A stretch of DNA of 64,000 nt from Pirellulales bacterium (GTDB lineage Bacteria > Planctomycetota > Planctomycetia > Pirellulales > JAICIG01): positions 64,001-128,000 of the forward strand of contig JBBDYJ010000016.1 in NCBI GenBank assembly GCA_040901675.1, in the 5' to 3' direction. A program made the translations under genes and the position numbers. This document shows positions 18,837 through 28,117 of the stretch, piece by piece (position 1 is the stretch's first letter; each line of letters starts with the position of its first letter). The notes beneath the pieces are model-generated. The model ran no database searches. It was not told the DNA's origin and saw only the letters and a program-made list of their open reading frames with translations.

Positions 18837-19829
18837 ATGAAAACGAACTCCCCCTCGCTGCGCAAGGCCGCGCTGCTCGTGGCCAGCCTCGATCGCGATA
18901 CGGCCGATCGACTGCTGGATCAGATGTCGCCGCGGCAGGCTGCACTGGTCCGCCGCGCGCTCGTCGAGCTGGGAGACATCGATCCCGACGAGCAGGACGA
19001 GGTCATCGGCGAGTTCTTCCGCGCCGGACCGCGGATCGCGGTCGACGAGCCGCCGGGAATCGATCTCGACGGTCAGCTCGCCCGCCGCCTGGCCGCTTCG
19101 CCGCGCCGTCCGCCCGACGAAGACCAGGAGCAAGACAGGCCGCCCTTCCGCTTTCTGCACGAGGCCAAGTGCGAGAAACTTTCGCCGTTTCTGGCCGGCG
19201 AACACCCGCAGACGATCGCGCTGGTCCTGTCGCATCTGCCGCCAGAGCGGGCCCTTGGAGTGCTGGCCACACTCGCCGGGACCCTGCAGGCAGACGTCAT
19301 CCGCCGCCTGGTCGACCTGGACGAAGCCGACCCGCGCATCCTCCGCGAAGTCGAACGGGGCCTGCAATCGCGGATCCTCGAACAGGTCAAAAGCGAGCGG
19401 CTCAGGGCCGCCGGTTTGGTGGCCGTGGCCGGCATTCTCGAAGCTGCCGACCCGGTGCTGCGCCGCCAGATCCTCGGCAACCTGGCCTGTTTCGATCCTC
19501 CGCTGGCCGGCAAGCTGCGGACCGACCAGTTCGAGTTCTCGCAGCTTTCCGACGCCAGCCCGGCGGCACTGGCCACGCTGGTGCAATCGGCCGAGCGGCA
19601 CGTGGCGGTGCTGGCGCTGGCCGGCGCTACGCCGCGACTCGTCGAGCGCGTGCTGGCCGGGCTGCCGGCCGCCGATGCCCTCCTGCTCCAACAGGATGTA
19701 GAGAACATCGGCCCCACCCGCTTGAGCGACGTCGAAGAAGCCCAGTCGCAAATGGCCGAGCTGGCCCAGCAACTGGCCTGGCTGGGTCGAATGGAACTGC
19801 CCGCTTCCCGCGCCCCCGTGCTGGTCTGA
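18837..19829 (+). CDS. fliG: flagellar motor switch/C-ring protein FliG
   Basis: LRKAALL, PPFRFL, EHPQTIALVLSHL, GPTRLSDVEEAQ. Confidence 0.9.
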   Translation: MKTNSPSLRKAALLVASLDRDTADRLLDQMSPRQAALVRRALVELGDIDPDEQDEVIGEFFRAGPRIAVDEPPGIDLDGQLARRLAASPRRPPDEDQEQDRPPFRFLHEAKCEKLSPFLAGEHPQTIALVLSHLPPERALGVLATLAGTLQADVIRRLVDLDEADPRILREVERGLQSRILEQVKSERLRAAGLVAVAGILEAADPVLRRQILGNLACFDPPLAGKLRTDQFEFSQLSDASPAALATLVQSAERHVAVLALAGATPRLVERVLAGLPAADALLLQQDVENIGPTRLSDVEEAQSQMAELAQQLAWLGRMELPASRAPVLV

Positions 19830-19835
19830 CAAAAC

Positions 19836-20489
19836 ATGCCCTCCGTCATCAAGGCCACCGACCCAGAGCGCGGCATCCATCCCGTGGCATTCAACTTCGA
19901 AGATCTGGCCCAGCACGCCGAACGCTACCTGGAGCAGGTCCGCAGGCAAGCGGCCGGGTTGCTGCGCGAAGCCGGCCAGCAGGCGCAGGCGATTCGCCAG
20001 GCCGCCCGAATCGAAGGCCGCAAAGACGCCCAGCAGGAGTTGGAGCGGATGGCCCGGCAGAAAGTGTCGGCCGAGCTGGAAACGCTGCTCCCCTCGCTGC
20101 AAAGCGTGGTCGCCCAGATCGAGCAGTCACGGGACGCCTGGCTGGGGCACTGGGAACACAGCGCGGTCCACCTGGCCGCCGCGATTGCGGCCCGCCTGGT
20201 CCGCCGCGAACTCTCGGCGCATCCCGAGATTACGCTCGACCTGGTCCGAGAGGCCCTCGAGCTCGCGGCCGGCAGCGGCGAGCTGCAGATCAAGTTGAAT
20301 CCCGGCGACTACGCGGCCCTGGGCGCTGAAGTGCAACGGATCGCGGCGGAGTGCAGCCGGATTGCGCCGGCCACGGTCAAGGCCGACCCGAGCATTTCGG
20401 CCGGCGGTTGCCGGATCGAGACGCGGTTTGGTTCGATCGACCAGCAGTTCGAGGCCCAGTTGGCCAGGATCGAAGAGGAGCTTAGTTGA
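19836..20489 (+). CDS. fliH: flagellar export ATPase regulator FliH
   Basis: Coiled-coil N-terminus, 'LNPGD' and 'DPSISAGGCRIETRFGSID'; located between fliG and fliI. Confidence 0.9.
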   Translation: MPSVIKATDPERGIHPVAFNFEDLAQHAERYLEQVRRQAAGLLREAGQQAQAIRQAARIEGRKDAQQELERMARQKVSAELETLLPSLQSVVAQIEQSRDAWLGHWEHSAVHLAAAIAARLVRRELSAHPEITLDLVREALELAAGSGELQIKLNPGDYAALGAEVQRIAAECSRIAPATVKADPSISAGGCRIETRFGSIDQQFEAQLARIEEELS

Positions 20490-20516
20490 TGCGCCCCGGG
20501 CGTGGGACCTCGCTGG

Positions 20517-20560
20517 CGCCCCTCGACGGGCTCGGGGCGGGTCGAGCCCGCCGAGACCCG
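20517..20560. repeat. pair of small palindromic units with a CTCGACGGGCTCG core
   Basis: CGCCCC-TCGACGGGCTC-GGGGCG followed by CGGGTC-GAGCCCGCCGA-GACCCG. The core resembles CTCGACTGAGCTCG of the 24-nt element. Confidence 0.55.
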
Positions 20561-20582
20561 CGTCGGGGTGGTGTAGGACGCC

Positions 20583-21914
20583 ATGCTTGACTACAAAAAC
20601 CAACTCGCCGCGATTCTGCCAACGGCTCTGGAAGGCAGCGTCGTGCGGACGGTGGGCTCCGCGGTGGCGGTGGCGGGGCTGCCTGCGCCGGTCGGCGGCC
20701 TGGTATCGATCGAGCGGCAGGCGGGCGGGCCGGTCGAGGCCGAAGTGATCGGCTTGGGCCACGAGTTGACGCTCGTTTTCCCGTGGGGGGACCTGCAAGG
20801 CGTGCGGCACGGCAACCGCGTTCGGCTGGTGCGGACCAAGGGGCACCTGCCGACGGGTGAAGGATTGCTGGGGCGCATCGTCGACGCCCGCGGGCATTGC
20901 ATCGACGGCCGCCCGCGACCCTTTTTGGCCGGGCGGACCCTGCTGGAACGCCGCGCGCCGAAGGCCACCCAGCGGCCCCGCATCACGGCCCCGCTGGCGA
21001 CCGGGGTGCGGGCGCTCGACGGGCTGCTGACGTGCGGCAAGGGACAACGCATGGGGATCTTCTCCGGGTCCGGAGTCGGCAAGAGCACCATGCTGGGCAT
21101 GATGGCCCGCCATACTTCGGCCGAGGTGAACGTGATTGCCCTGGTCGGTGAGCGCGGCCGCGAAGTGAACGATTTCATCGAGCGCGACCTGGGGCGCGAT
21201 GGACTCGCCAAGAGTGTGGTGGTAGTGGCCACCAGCGACGAACCGGCCCCGCTGCGCGTGCGGGCCGCCTTCGCCGCCACGGCGATTGCGGAGTTCTTCC
21301 GCGACCAGGGGCGCGACGTGCTGTTGATGATGGACTCGTTGACGCGCTTTGCCCTGGCGCAGCGTGAGATCGGCCTGGCTGCCGGCGAACCGCCGACGAC
21401 ACGCGGCTTTCCGCCTTCGGTGTTCGCCATCCTGCCCCGGCTGGTCGAACGCGCCGGCCTGACGCCCCAAGGGAGCATCACGGCCTTTTATTCGGTGCTG
21501 GTTGAAGCCGACGATCCGAACGAACCGATCAGCGACGCCGTCCGCGGCTTCCTCGACGGGCACACCTGGCTCTCGCGCAAACTGGCCAACCGCGGACATT
21601 ACCCGGCCATCGACGTGCTCGAGAGCACCAGCCGGATGATGAGCGAGGTGGCGACGGCGGATCACCAGCAGGCCGCCCACGCGCTGCGCGAGCTGCTGGC
21701 CGCTCATCGGGACCATGAGGACCTGATTTCGCTGGGGGCCTACCAACGCGGCAGCAACGGGCTGGTCGACGCGGCCCTGGAGATGCACGACCCGATTCAG
21801 AAGTTTCTGCGGCAAAGAATCGACGAGCCCGTCACGCTGGAGGCGGCCCGCGAACAACTCGTGCAGCTCGGCCGGCGATGCGCGCACCGACCGGCCGGCA
21901 AACCAGCGGCCTAG
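20583..21914 (+). CDS. fliI: flagellar type III export ATPase FliI
   Basis: GQRMGIFSGSGVGKS, VGERGREV, MMDSLTRFALAQREIG, LDGH..LSR.LA..GHYPAIDV. Confidence 0.95.
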   Translation: MLDYKNQLAAILPTALEGSVVRTVGSAVAVAGLPAPVGGLVSIERQAGGPVEAEVIGLGHELTLVFPWGDLQGVRHGNRVRLVRTKGHLPTGEGLLGRIVDARGHCIDGRPRPFLAGRTLLERRAPKATQRPRITAPLATGVRALDGLLTCGKGQRMGIFSGSGVGKSTMLGMMARHTSAEVNVIALVGERGREVNDFIERDLGRDGLAKSVVVVATSDEPAPLRVRAAFAATAIAEFFRDQGRDVLLMMDSLTRFALAQREIGLAAGEPPTTRGFPPSVFAILPRLVERAGLTPQGSITAFYSVLVEADDPNEPISDAVRGFLDGHTWLSRKLANRGHYPAIDVLESTSRMMSEVATADHQQAAHALRELLAAHRDHEDLISLGAYQRGSNGLVDAALEMHDPIQKFLRQRIDEPVTLEAAREQLVQLGRRCAHRPAGKPAA

Positions 21915-21924
21915 GAGCAACCCG

Positions 21925-22371
21925 GTGCGAACGTTCCAATTCCGGCTGGCCACACTGCTCCGGCTGCGGCAGGCGGTTCGCGACGAGCGGCGTGGCCAGT
22001 TGGCGGAGGCGTTGGCCGCCGCCGCCGCTTTGTCCGCCCGGCTGGACGAGCTCGATCGCGATCTGAACCAACTCAAGCAACAGCAAACTTGCCGAGCGGG
22101 CTCACTGGATTTGGACCGCTTGCTCGAGGCCGACCGCTACGAGGCGATGCTCCGCGCCCAGCGGGCCGAGGTCCAGCGGCAGCGGGATGCCGTGGCAGTC
22201 GAGATCGACAAACGGCGTGAAGCCGTGGTCGCTGCCGATCGTGATCTCAAGGCCCTCCAACAGCTTGAAGAGCTGCAGGGAAAGCGCCATCGCGCCGCCG
22301 AGGAGCGGCAGAACGTCAAGGAACTCGACGAAACCGCCTCCCGCCGGGCCCGTGAGAAGGTACACGAGTGA
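21925..22371 (+). CDS. fliJ: flagellar export protein FliJ
   Basis: FQFRLATLLRLR N-terminus, coiled coil, KELDE C-terminus. AGGAG RBS; follows fliI. Confidence 0.88.
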   Translation: MRTFQFRLATLLRLRQAVRDERRGQLAEALAAAAALSARLDELDRDLNQLKQQQTCRAGSLDLDRLLEADRYEAMLRAQRAEVQRQRDAVAVEIDKRREAVVAADRDLKALQQLEELQGKRHRAAEERQNVKELDETASRRAREKVHE

Positions 22372-22540
22372 TGCGGCCCGCCGGGAGCACCTGGCTTTCC
22401 TGGCTTGCCCGTGCATGGGCACCGTGCTGGCAAAGGGGCCGGCTTTTGGCTATTGGCCCGTGCAGGCCCAGGCTCGCCGATCGGCCAAGCGCCTGGTTGG
22501 GCTTGATCCAAAGGCGGATTTTGGAGAAAACTAACCGCGC
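22368..22540 (+). pseudogene. possible decayed remnant of a membrane-anchored gene following fliJ
   Basis: A start overlaps the fliJ stop (GTGA/ATG). A TM-like stretch LAFLACPCMGTVLAKGPAFGYW sits in a different frame, with no intact ORF. Confidence 0.3.
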
Positions 22541-22612
22541 TGTGGGCAGGCCACTTCTCCAGGCAGTCGCCTAAAGCCGCAGGGAACGGCCACCGCAAAG
22601 GAATGGATTCCA

Positions 22613-23134
22613 ATGCCGGACGGACCGGGACTTGGTCCCGAAGAACTCGAGCGATTGCTGAAGCAGGCCCAAGCCGCGCCACGGCTCTCGAACTCCCGGG
22701 CGGCCCAGGCCGCCTCTGCCGGCGCGCCGCCCGATGTGGGGCTGGCTCAGGGCGACGTCGAGCTCTTGCTCCAACAGGCCGAGCAGGCTCTCGCATCGGT
22801 GGAGCACCCCCCCGGCGACCCTCCGGCGGGAGCTACGGTCTACCAGCTCGAAGACTTTGTCGGAGCCAACAGCAACGGGGAACGGGCCACGTTGGATTTG
22901 ATCCGCGACGTCGAACTGGATCTCCGGATCGAATTCGGCCGCACGCACATGTACCTGGAAGACATCCTCAAGCTGCGCAAGGGGTCGGTCGTTCCGTTAG
23001 ACAAACTGGCGGGCGAGCCGGTCGAGATTTTTGTCAACGGGCGGTTGATCGCCAAGGGGGAGGTTCTGGTCCTCAACGATAACTTTTGCGTCCGCGTGGC
23101 GGAGCTCGTCGCCGGCAGCGCCGTCGCGGCGTAG
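22613..23134 (+). CDS. fliN: flagellar switch protein FliN (long N-terminal extension)
   Basis: SpoA domain: LDLIRDVELDLRIEFGRT...LDKLAGEPVEIFVNGRLIAKGEVLVLNDNFCVRV. Confidence 0.92.
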   Translation: MPDGPGLGPEELERLLKQAQAAPRLSNSRAAQAASAGAPPDVGLAQGDVELLLQQAEQALASVEHPPGDPPAGATVYQLEDFVGANSNGERATLDLIRDVELDLRIEFGRTHMYLEDILKLRKGSVVPLDKLAGEPVEIFVNGRLIAKGEVLVLNDNFCVRVAELVAGSAVAA

Positions 23135-23267
23135 CCGGAGAGGGCCAGAGTTCGGGCCCGCTGAAGCGAACAAACCATAGCCGGATTTCCACAAGAGTCC
23201 GCGAACCGTGAAATACCTGGCACGTGCGAAGCCCGGCGGCTTCGGCTAGCCAGCATGGCGCCAAGCG

Positions 23268-23990
23268 ATGAAACTGAACGCACGAATCACCCTGGCACTG
23301 GTTCTGCTACTGGTCGCCGCGCCGCGGCTCTTCGCTCAAGCGGGCGACGAGCACCAGGCGCTGCGCGCCGGCGGGCCGCACCAGCCCGGCGAATCGTCCA
23401 ATCGCCAGGCCTCGTTCGACAAGCCCGGCGCAAGCTTTGCCCCACGCAAGCTGCCGGCCATGGCCGGAGCAAGAGCCGCCGAACAGCTCGATCCCATTCG
23501 CTTGCCCCCCCGCGCCGACAAGACGACGCGCCCGGCCGGTCCGGAAACGGCGAGGCGAAAGCCGGCCTCGACGGGCGGCAGCCTGCTATCCGGCCTGGGC
23601 AGCTTGGCCCTCGTGCTGGGACTGTTTTTTATCACGGCCTGGGCCTTGCGGCGCGCCGTGCCCGGCGCGTGTCCGGCACTGCCGGCCGAGGTGATCGAGG
23701 TCCTGGGCCGAACCACGCTGGCAGGCCGCCAGCAAGCCTATCTGCTCCGCTGCGGCAACAAGCTGCTGCTGGTCCACCTGGCGGCCGGCTGCGCCGAGAC
23801 ACTCACCGAAATCACCGATCCGGTGGAAGTCGACCGGTTGGCGGGCCTCTGCCGCCAGGCGCACCCGCACAGCACCAGCCTCTCCTTCCGCCAGATCCTC
23901 GAACAGTTTGGACGCGAAAAGTCGGCCGAGAGTTTTGTGGATAGTGCGCCAGGCGGGGCAGTCGCGGCGACGGAGCCGGCCCATGCCTGA
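23268..23990 (+). CDS. fliO: flagellar biosynthesis protein FliO
   Basis: TM '[14 protein letters not shown]' followed by IEVLGR...[11 protein letters not shown]...LTEITD; located between fliN and fliP. Confidence 0.85.
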   Translation: MKLNARITLALVLLLVAAPRLFAQAGDEHQALRAGGPHQPGESSNRQASFDKPGASFAPRKLPAMAGARAAEQLDPIRLPPRADKTTRPAGPETARRKPASTGGSLLSGLGSLALVLGLFFITAWALRRAVPGACPALPAEVIEVLGRTTLAGRQQAYLLRCGNKLLLVHLAAGCAETLTEITDPVEVDRLAGLCRQAHPHSTSLSFRQILEQFGREKSAESFVDSAPGGAVAATEPAHA

Positions 23991-24885
23991 AGCGTTGCCG
24001 CTGACAGCGACCGGACGAAAGCGGCTCTGCCGCCGCCCGTGCGCAATCATCTCGCTGGCGGCCGGGGTGCTCTTGCTGTGCAGCTCGGCAACGACGGCTC
24101 AACCGGGTGGTCCGGCCATGGATGCACGCGGCCCGATCCAGGGCCGCCCGGCCCCCAGTCGCCCCGCAGCCCTGGAGGCGCCGGGCGTGTCGGAGTTGCT
24201 CCCGGGCGGCCCCGCTGCCTGGACCAGCCCGGAGGGGCTGAGCTCGACGCTCAAGGTCATGCTGCTGTTGACCGTGCTGAGCCTGGCGCCGGCCGTGCTG
24301 CTGATGACGACCAGCTTCGTGCGGATTGTGATCGTGCTGAGCCTGCTGCGGCAAGCTTTGGGCACGCAGCAACTGCCCCCCAACCAGGTGATCACCTCGA
24401 TGTCGTTGTTCCTCACCTTGCTGATCATGACCCCGGTGTGGAAGGAGTCGTACGAGCAAGGCATCAAGCCCTACAACGAGGGCCAGATCGGACTGGCCGA
24501 AGCATGGGACGCCGGCATTCGTCCGATTCGCCGCTTCATGACCATGCAGATCGACCGCACCGGCAACAGCGACGACATCTGGCTGTTCCTCGAGTACATG
24601 CCCGACCGTCCCACGCCGCAACAGTACGACGACGTGCCTTTGCAGGCCTTGTTGCCGGCCTTCATGCTCAGCGAGCTGAAGACGGCCTTTCTGATCGGCT
24701 TTCAGATCTATCTGCCGTTCGTGATCCTCGACATGGTCATTTCCAGCGTGCTGATATCGATGGGCATGCTGATGCTGCCTCCGGTGCTGATTTCGCTCCC
24801 CTTCAAGCTGCTGATGTTCGTGTTGGCCGACGGCTGGCACCTGGTGATCGGCATGCTCATGGAAAGTTTCCAGCCGTTCACGTGA
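23983..24885 (+). CDS. fliP: flagellar export gate protein FliP
   Basis: [58 protein letters not shown]. Start taken at ATG 23983. Confidence 0.95.
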   Translation: MPEALPLTATGRKRLCRRPCAIISLAAGVLLLCSSATTAQPGGPAMDARGPIQGRPAPSRPAALEAPGVSELLPGGPAAWTSPEGLSSTLKVMLLLTVLSLAPAVLLMTTSFVRIVIVLSLLRQALGTQQLPPNQVITSMSLFLTLLIMTPVWKESYEQGIKPYNEGQIGLAEAWDAGIRPIRRFMTMQIDRTGNSDDIWLFLEYMPDRPTPQQYDDVPLQALLPAFMLSELKTAFLIGFQIYLPFVILDMVISSVLISMGMLMLPPVLISLPFKLLMFVLADGWHLVIGMLMESFQPFT

Positions 24886-24983
24886 CGCGGCCGGCGGATC
24901 GGGCCTTGCCAGCCTGGCGCCCCCTGAGCGGTTGGACTGTCTCAAGAACGCGTCAAACATTGTCTCTCGACTGCCGGCGACCC

Positions 24984-25250
24984 ATGGACCCTCAGGACGC
25001 AGTGGATCTGGCCCGCGAAGCGATCCTGGTCGCCTTGCTCATCGGCTCGCCCGTGTTGTTGGCGGGGCTGCTGGTCGGCCTGGCGGTGGGCCTGCTGCAA
25101 GCGCTGACGCAGGTGCAGGAGCAGACCGTTTCGTTCGTGCCCAAGCTCGTCGCCATGGTCCTCGTGCTGTCGTTCACTCTTCCCTGGCTGCTGGGCCGCT
25201 TCGTCGACTACGTGCGGGAGCTGTTTGGCCACATCCCCGAAACTCTTTGA
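24984..25250 (+). CDS. fliQ: flagellar export gate protein FliQ
   Basis: 88 aa with LQALTQVQEQTVSFVPKL (C-terminal part of track ORF 24039..25250). Confidence 0.95.
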   Translation: MDPQDAVDLAREAILVALLIGSPVLLAGLLVGLAVGLLQALTQVQEQTVSFVPKLVAMVLVLSFTLPWLLGRFVDYVRELFGHIPETL

Positions 25251-25264
25251 ACAGGGCAGGGCGG

Positions 25265-26035
25265 ATGTTCGACCTGGCCCACTTCACGCTCGAGCAGTTC
25301 ATTGTGTTCACGCTGGTGCTGACCCGGCTGGGCGGGCTGGTGGCCACCGCCCCGCTCTACGGCACCCAGACTCCGGCCCAGGTGCGGGCCTCCCTGGCCC
25401 TGGCCTTGGCCGTGCTCGTGACACCGTCGCAGTGGGCCGGCTCGCTGCCGGCGCCCCAGGCGCTGAGCGACTATCTCCTGATGCTCGGCGGAGAGTTGCT
25501 GGTGGGGCTGACGCTGGGGCTGGGCATGACGCTGCTGTTCTCCGGAGTGCAGCTTGCCGGACAGATCATCGGCCAGACCAGCGGCATGACGCTGGCCGAG
25601 GTCTTCAACCCGGGCTTCGACGGCAGCATCCCGCTCATCTCGCAGGCGCTGTACCTCCTGGCCCTGGCCATCTTCGTCACGCTGGGAGGCCATCGCTTGC
25701 TCATGGCCGGCCTGCTGGGCACGTTTGCCACGATTCCCATAGGCGGCGCGGGCTTGTCGGCCGGGCTGGGCGAAGCGGTCGTCGTCTTGCTGACGCAAAG
25801 CTTCAGCCTTGGCATCCGCATCGCGGCGCCGGCCACCGCGGCCTTGCTGCTGGCGACGCTGGTGATGGGCCTGGTGAGCCGTACGCTGCCGCAGCTCAAC
25901 CTGCTGACCTTGGGCTTTGGGCTCAACGCGCTGGCGGCTTTTGGCATTCTCGCCATGTCGCTGGGCGGCTTGAGTTGGGCTTTCCAAGCCGAGATCGAGC
26001 CGGCGTTGCAAACCATCCTCGAGGCCCTCGGCTGA
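25265..26035 (+). CDS. fliR: flagellar export gate protein FliR
   Basis: Hydrophobic; ELLVGL.LG, AGQIIG...G, LGGH, GLVSRTLPQLN. Confidence 0.93.
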   Translation: MFDLAHFTLEQFIVFTLVLTRLGGLVATAPLYGTQTPAQVRASLALALAVLVTPSQWAGSLPAPQALSDYLLMLGGELLVGLTLGLGMTLLFSGVQLAGQIIGQTSGMTLAEVFNPGFDGSIPLISQALYLLALAIFVTLGGHRLLMAGLLGTFATIPIGGAGLSAGLGEAVVVLLTQSFSLGIRIAAPATAALLLATLVMGLVSRTLPQLNLLTLGFGLNALAAFGILAMSLGGLSWAFQAEIEPALQTILEALG

Positions 26036-26039
26036 TGGC

Positions 26040-27101
26040 ATGGAGCAAAGCGGCGACAAGACCCACGAACCCACCGCCCATCGCCGCCGGCAGGCGCGCG
26101 AGCAGGGCCAGGTGGCGCACAGCCAGGACTTGGGCAGTGCAGCGCTGTTGATCGGAGGAGTGCTGGCGGTGCTGGCGCTTGGCGGCTCGATGGTCGGCGC
26201 CATGGACCAGGTGACAAGGCAGCATCTCGGCCAGGTCTGGCTCTCGGCCGACAACGAGCTGATCGTTGCCTGCACCCGCGAGCTGATCGCCATGCTGGCG
26301 CGATCGCTGTTGCCGATCTTGGCCGCCATGTGGTTCGTGGCCGTGGCCGTCAGCCTGGTGCAAGTCGGCCCGCTGTTCCTGCCCGGCAAGCTGGCTCCCG
26401 ACCTGTCCCGCATCAACCCGCAGCGAGGGTTCAGCCGCCTGGCGTCGCTGCCGAGCCTGGTGCGGCTTGCGTTCGGCATGATCAAGGTCGCCTTGATTTC
26501 CGTGCTCGCCTGGTTCTGCCTGGCGGCCCAGGGAGAGGCCTTGCTCTCACTGGCGGCCTTGGAACCGCCGCAGGTGGCAGCGTACCTCTCGCACGTGATG
26601 CTCGACACGGCCTGGAAGATTGGCGCGGCGTTGTTGGCGTTGGCCCTGTTGGACTACCTGTTTCAACGGCGCCGTCATGAGCGCGACTTGCGGATGACGC
26701 ACCAGGAAATCCGCGAGGAGATGAAGAACCTGCAGGGCGATCCGCAGATTATCGCTCGCCGCCGGGCCATCCAGCGGCAACTTGTTTTGAGCCGCTTATC
26801 CAGCATGGTGCCGAAGGCGGACGTGGTGATCACCAATCCCACCGAGCTGGCGGTGGCCATCGAGTACAAGCGGGAGAGCATGGCCGCCCCGGTCGTGGTG
26901 GCCAAGGGGGCCGGTGTTCTGGCCCAGCGGATTCGCCGGCTGGCTCTGGAGCAGGGTATCCCGATCGTCGAGAAGAAGCCGCTGGCCCAGGCTCTCTACC
27001 GCCAGGTCGATGTCAATCAGGCCATTCCCAACCAGATGTACTCCGCCGTGGCCGACGTCCTGGGCTACGTCTACCAGCTCAAAGGGAAGAAGACTCGCTA
27101 G
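26040..27101 (+). CDS. flhB: flagellar export switch protein FlhB
   Basis: KTHEPT..RR..ARE.GQV, EMKN.QGDPQI, ADVVITNPTE, VVAKG, LAQALY. Confidence 0.95.
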   Translation: MEQSGDKTHEPTAHRRRQAREQGQVAHSQDLGSAALLIGGVLAVLALGGSMVGAMDQVTRQHLGQVWLSADNELIVACTRELIAMLARSLLPILAAMWFVAVAVSLVQVGPLFLPGKLAPDLSRINPQRGFSRLASLPSLVRLAFGMIKVALISVLAWFCLAAQGEALLSLAALEPPQVAAYLSHVMLDTAWKIGAALLALALLDYLFQRRRHERDLRMTHQEIREEMKNLQGDPQIIARRRAIQRQLVLSRLSSMVPKADVVITNPTELAVAIEYKRESMAAPVVVAKGAGVLAQRIRRLALEQGIPIVEKKPLAQALYRQVDVNQAIPNQMYSAVADVLGYVYQLKGKKTR

Positions 27102-27242
27102 CGCGACGCGCCCCAGCTCGAAGTTCTGTCCTAATCCGTCCGCCGCGCGCCCGTCCGTCACGTTTTCGCCTGCGCGCTTTGCGAGAGCCGTTCGTCCGCG
27201 GCCGGTTCCCCAACGTTTCAGCGAATTGCGCGGAAACTGAGC

Positions 27243-27737
27243 CTACGAAGCGGGTCTTTTTTGACTTGGGGGAAAAACGGACGGAATCAGCTCGACGTGG
27301 GCTCGTTCAATCAGTATCTCTTCCTGCTCGCTATACGCCGCTTCTTTCAGGACCGACTTGACATACCCGAAAAAGAGGTCCGAGGGATTCCGCGTGCCGG
27401 GCGCCTCGACGCGAGAATAAACCTGTATCCAGATGTTCCTTTCCACGACCGGAGGTTTTTCGGCATCCGGCAGCCAACCGCCCTCGAGCGGCGCGCGCGG
27501 CGTCGTCGATGTTCGCGTGTAGCCGCCAAAACGCAGAGCAAGCAGGCTAATCAACGGCCCGACGTGATCGGCTTTGGAAAAGACCTCCTTCCCATCCGCC
27601 GCGAAGAGAGGCAGCGTAATCGTGTATCGGTATGCGGGCCCTTCCAGCAATCGACGATCAAGACTGGGAAGCTGCAGAGGCTCCGGCGGAAGCTTTTCGA
27701 GAGCGGAGAGGTTCAGCCTTCGTCTTCTTTTTGCCAT
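27243..27737 (-). CDS. hypothetical protein (RFGGYT...GGW...QEEILI pattern)
   Basis: 164-aa ATG ORF in a lower-GC patch. Confidence 0.6.
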   Translation of the reverse strand: MAKRRRRLNLSALEKLPPEPLQLPSLDRRLLEGPAYRYTITLPLFAADGKEVFSKADHVGPLISLLALRFGGYTRTSTTPRAPLEGGWLPDAEKPPVVERNIWIQVYSRVEAPGTRNPSDLFFGYVKSVLKEAAYSEQEEILIERAHVELIPSVFPPSQKRPAS

Positions 27738-27936
27738 TGGCTCGAACCTTTGAGGCCCTGCTGCGCCCGATAAGTCGGGCCGCCCGGAGCGATTCCAGTT
27801 GTTGCTCGTTTACGATCAATACACCCACAGCTCGCGTCTCAAACATACCCCCCTGCGTCAGCAGCACGCGGACAGCCTGGTTAAAGACCTCGGGGTCCGG
27901 AAACTCAACAATAGCCATTGCGACCTCATTGGCCAA
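27658..27936 (-). CDS. small hypothetical protein with basic tail
   Basis: Overlaps the next gene by 80 nt. An alternative ATG (MAIVEF) at 27918 is preceded by GAGG. Confidence 0.5.
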   Translation of the reverse strand: MANEVAMAIVEFPDPEVFNQAVRVLLTQGGMFETRAVGVLIVNEQQLESLRAARLIGRSRASKVRANGKKKTKAEPLRSRKASAGASAASQS

Positions 27937-28117
27937 AAGCCGTGTGAGAATGGGGCAGCAACCCGAATGAGCAATCCCATTGTTCGTTACGGTGAGGCTC
28001 CCCCATCCTGGTTCGCGGCGCCACGCTACCGAATCTTACAACGGGCGGAAAGCCCAGTCCAGGGTTGAGGCGCCCCGAACGGGCATCGCGGTGTAAAGGG
28101 CGTCATTTACCCGTTCT

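Noticed and set aside
26830..26850. FlhB NPTE instead of NPTH as a sign of inactivation
   Set aside because: The Asn-Pro autocleavage pair is intact, and the change may be a lineage trait.
17404..27101. Injectisome-type (non-flagellar) T3SS
   Set aside because: FliG, FliO, a two-TM FliF and the gene order are flagellar. No secretin, needle or SctD/J genes are seen.
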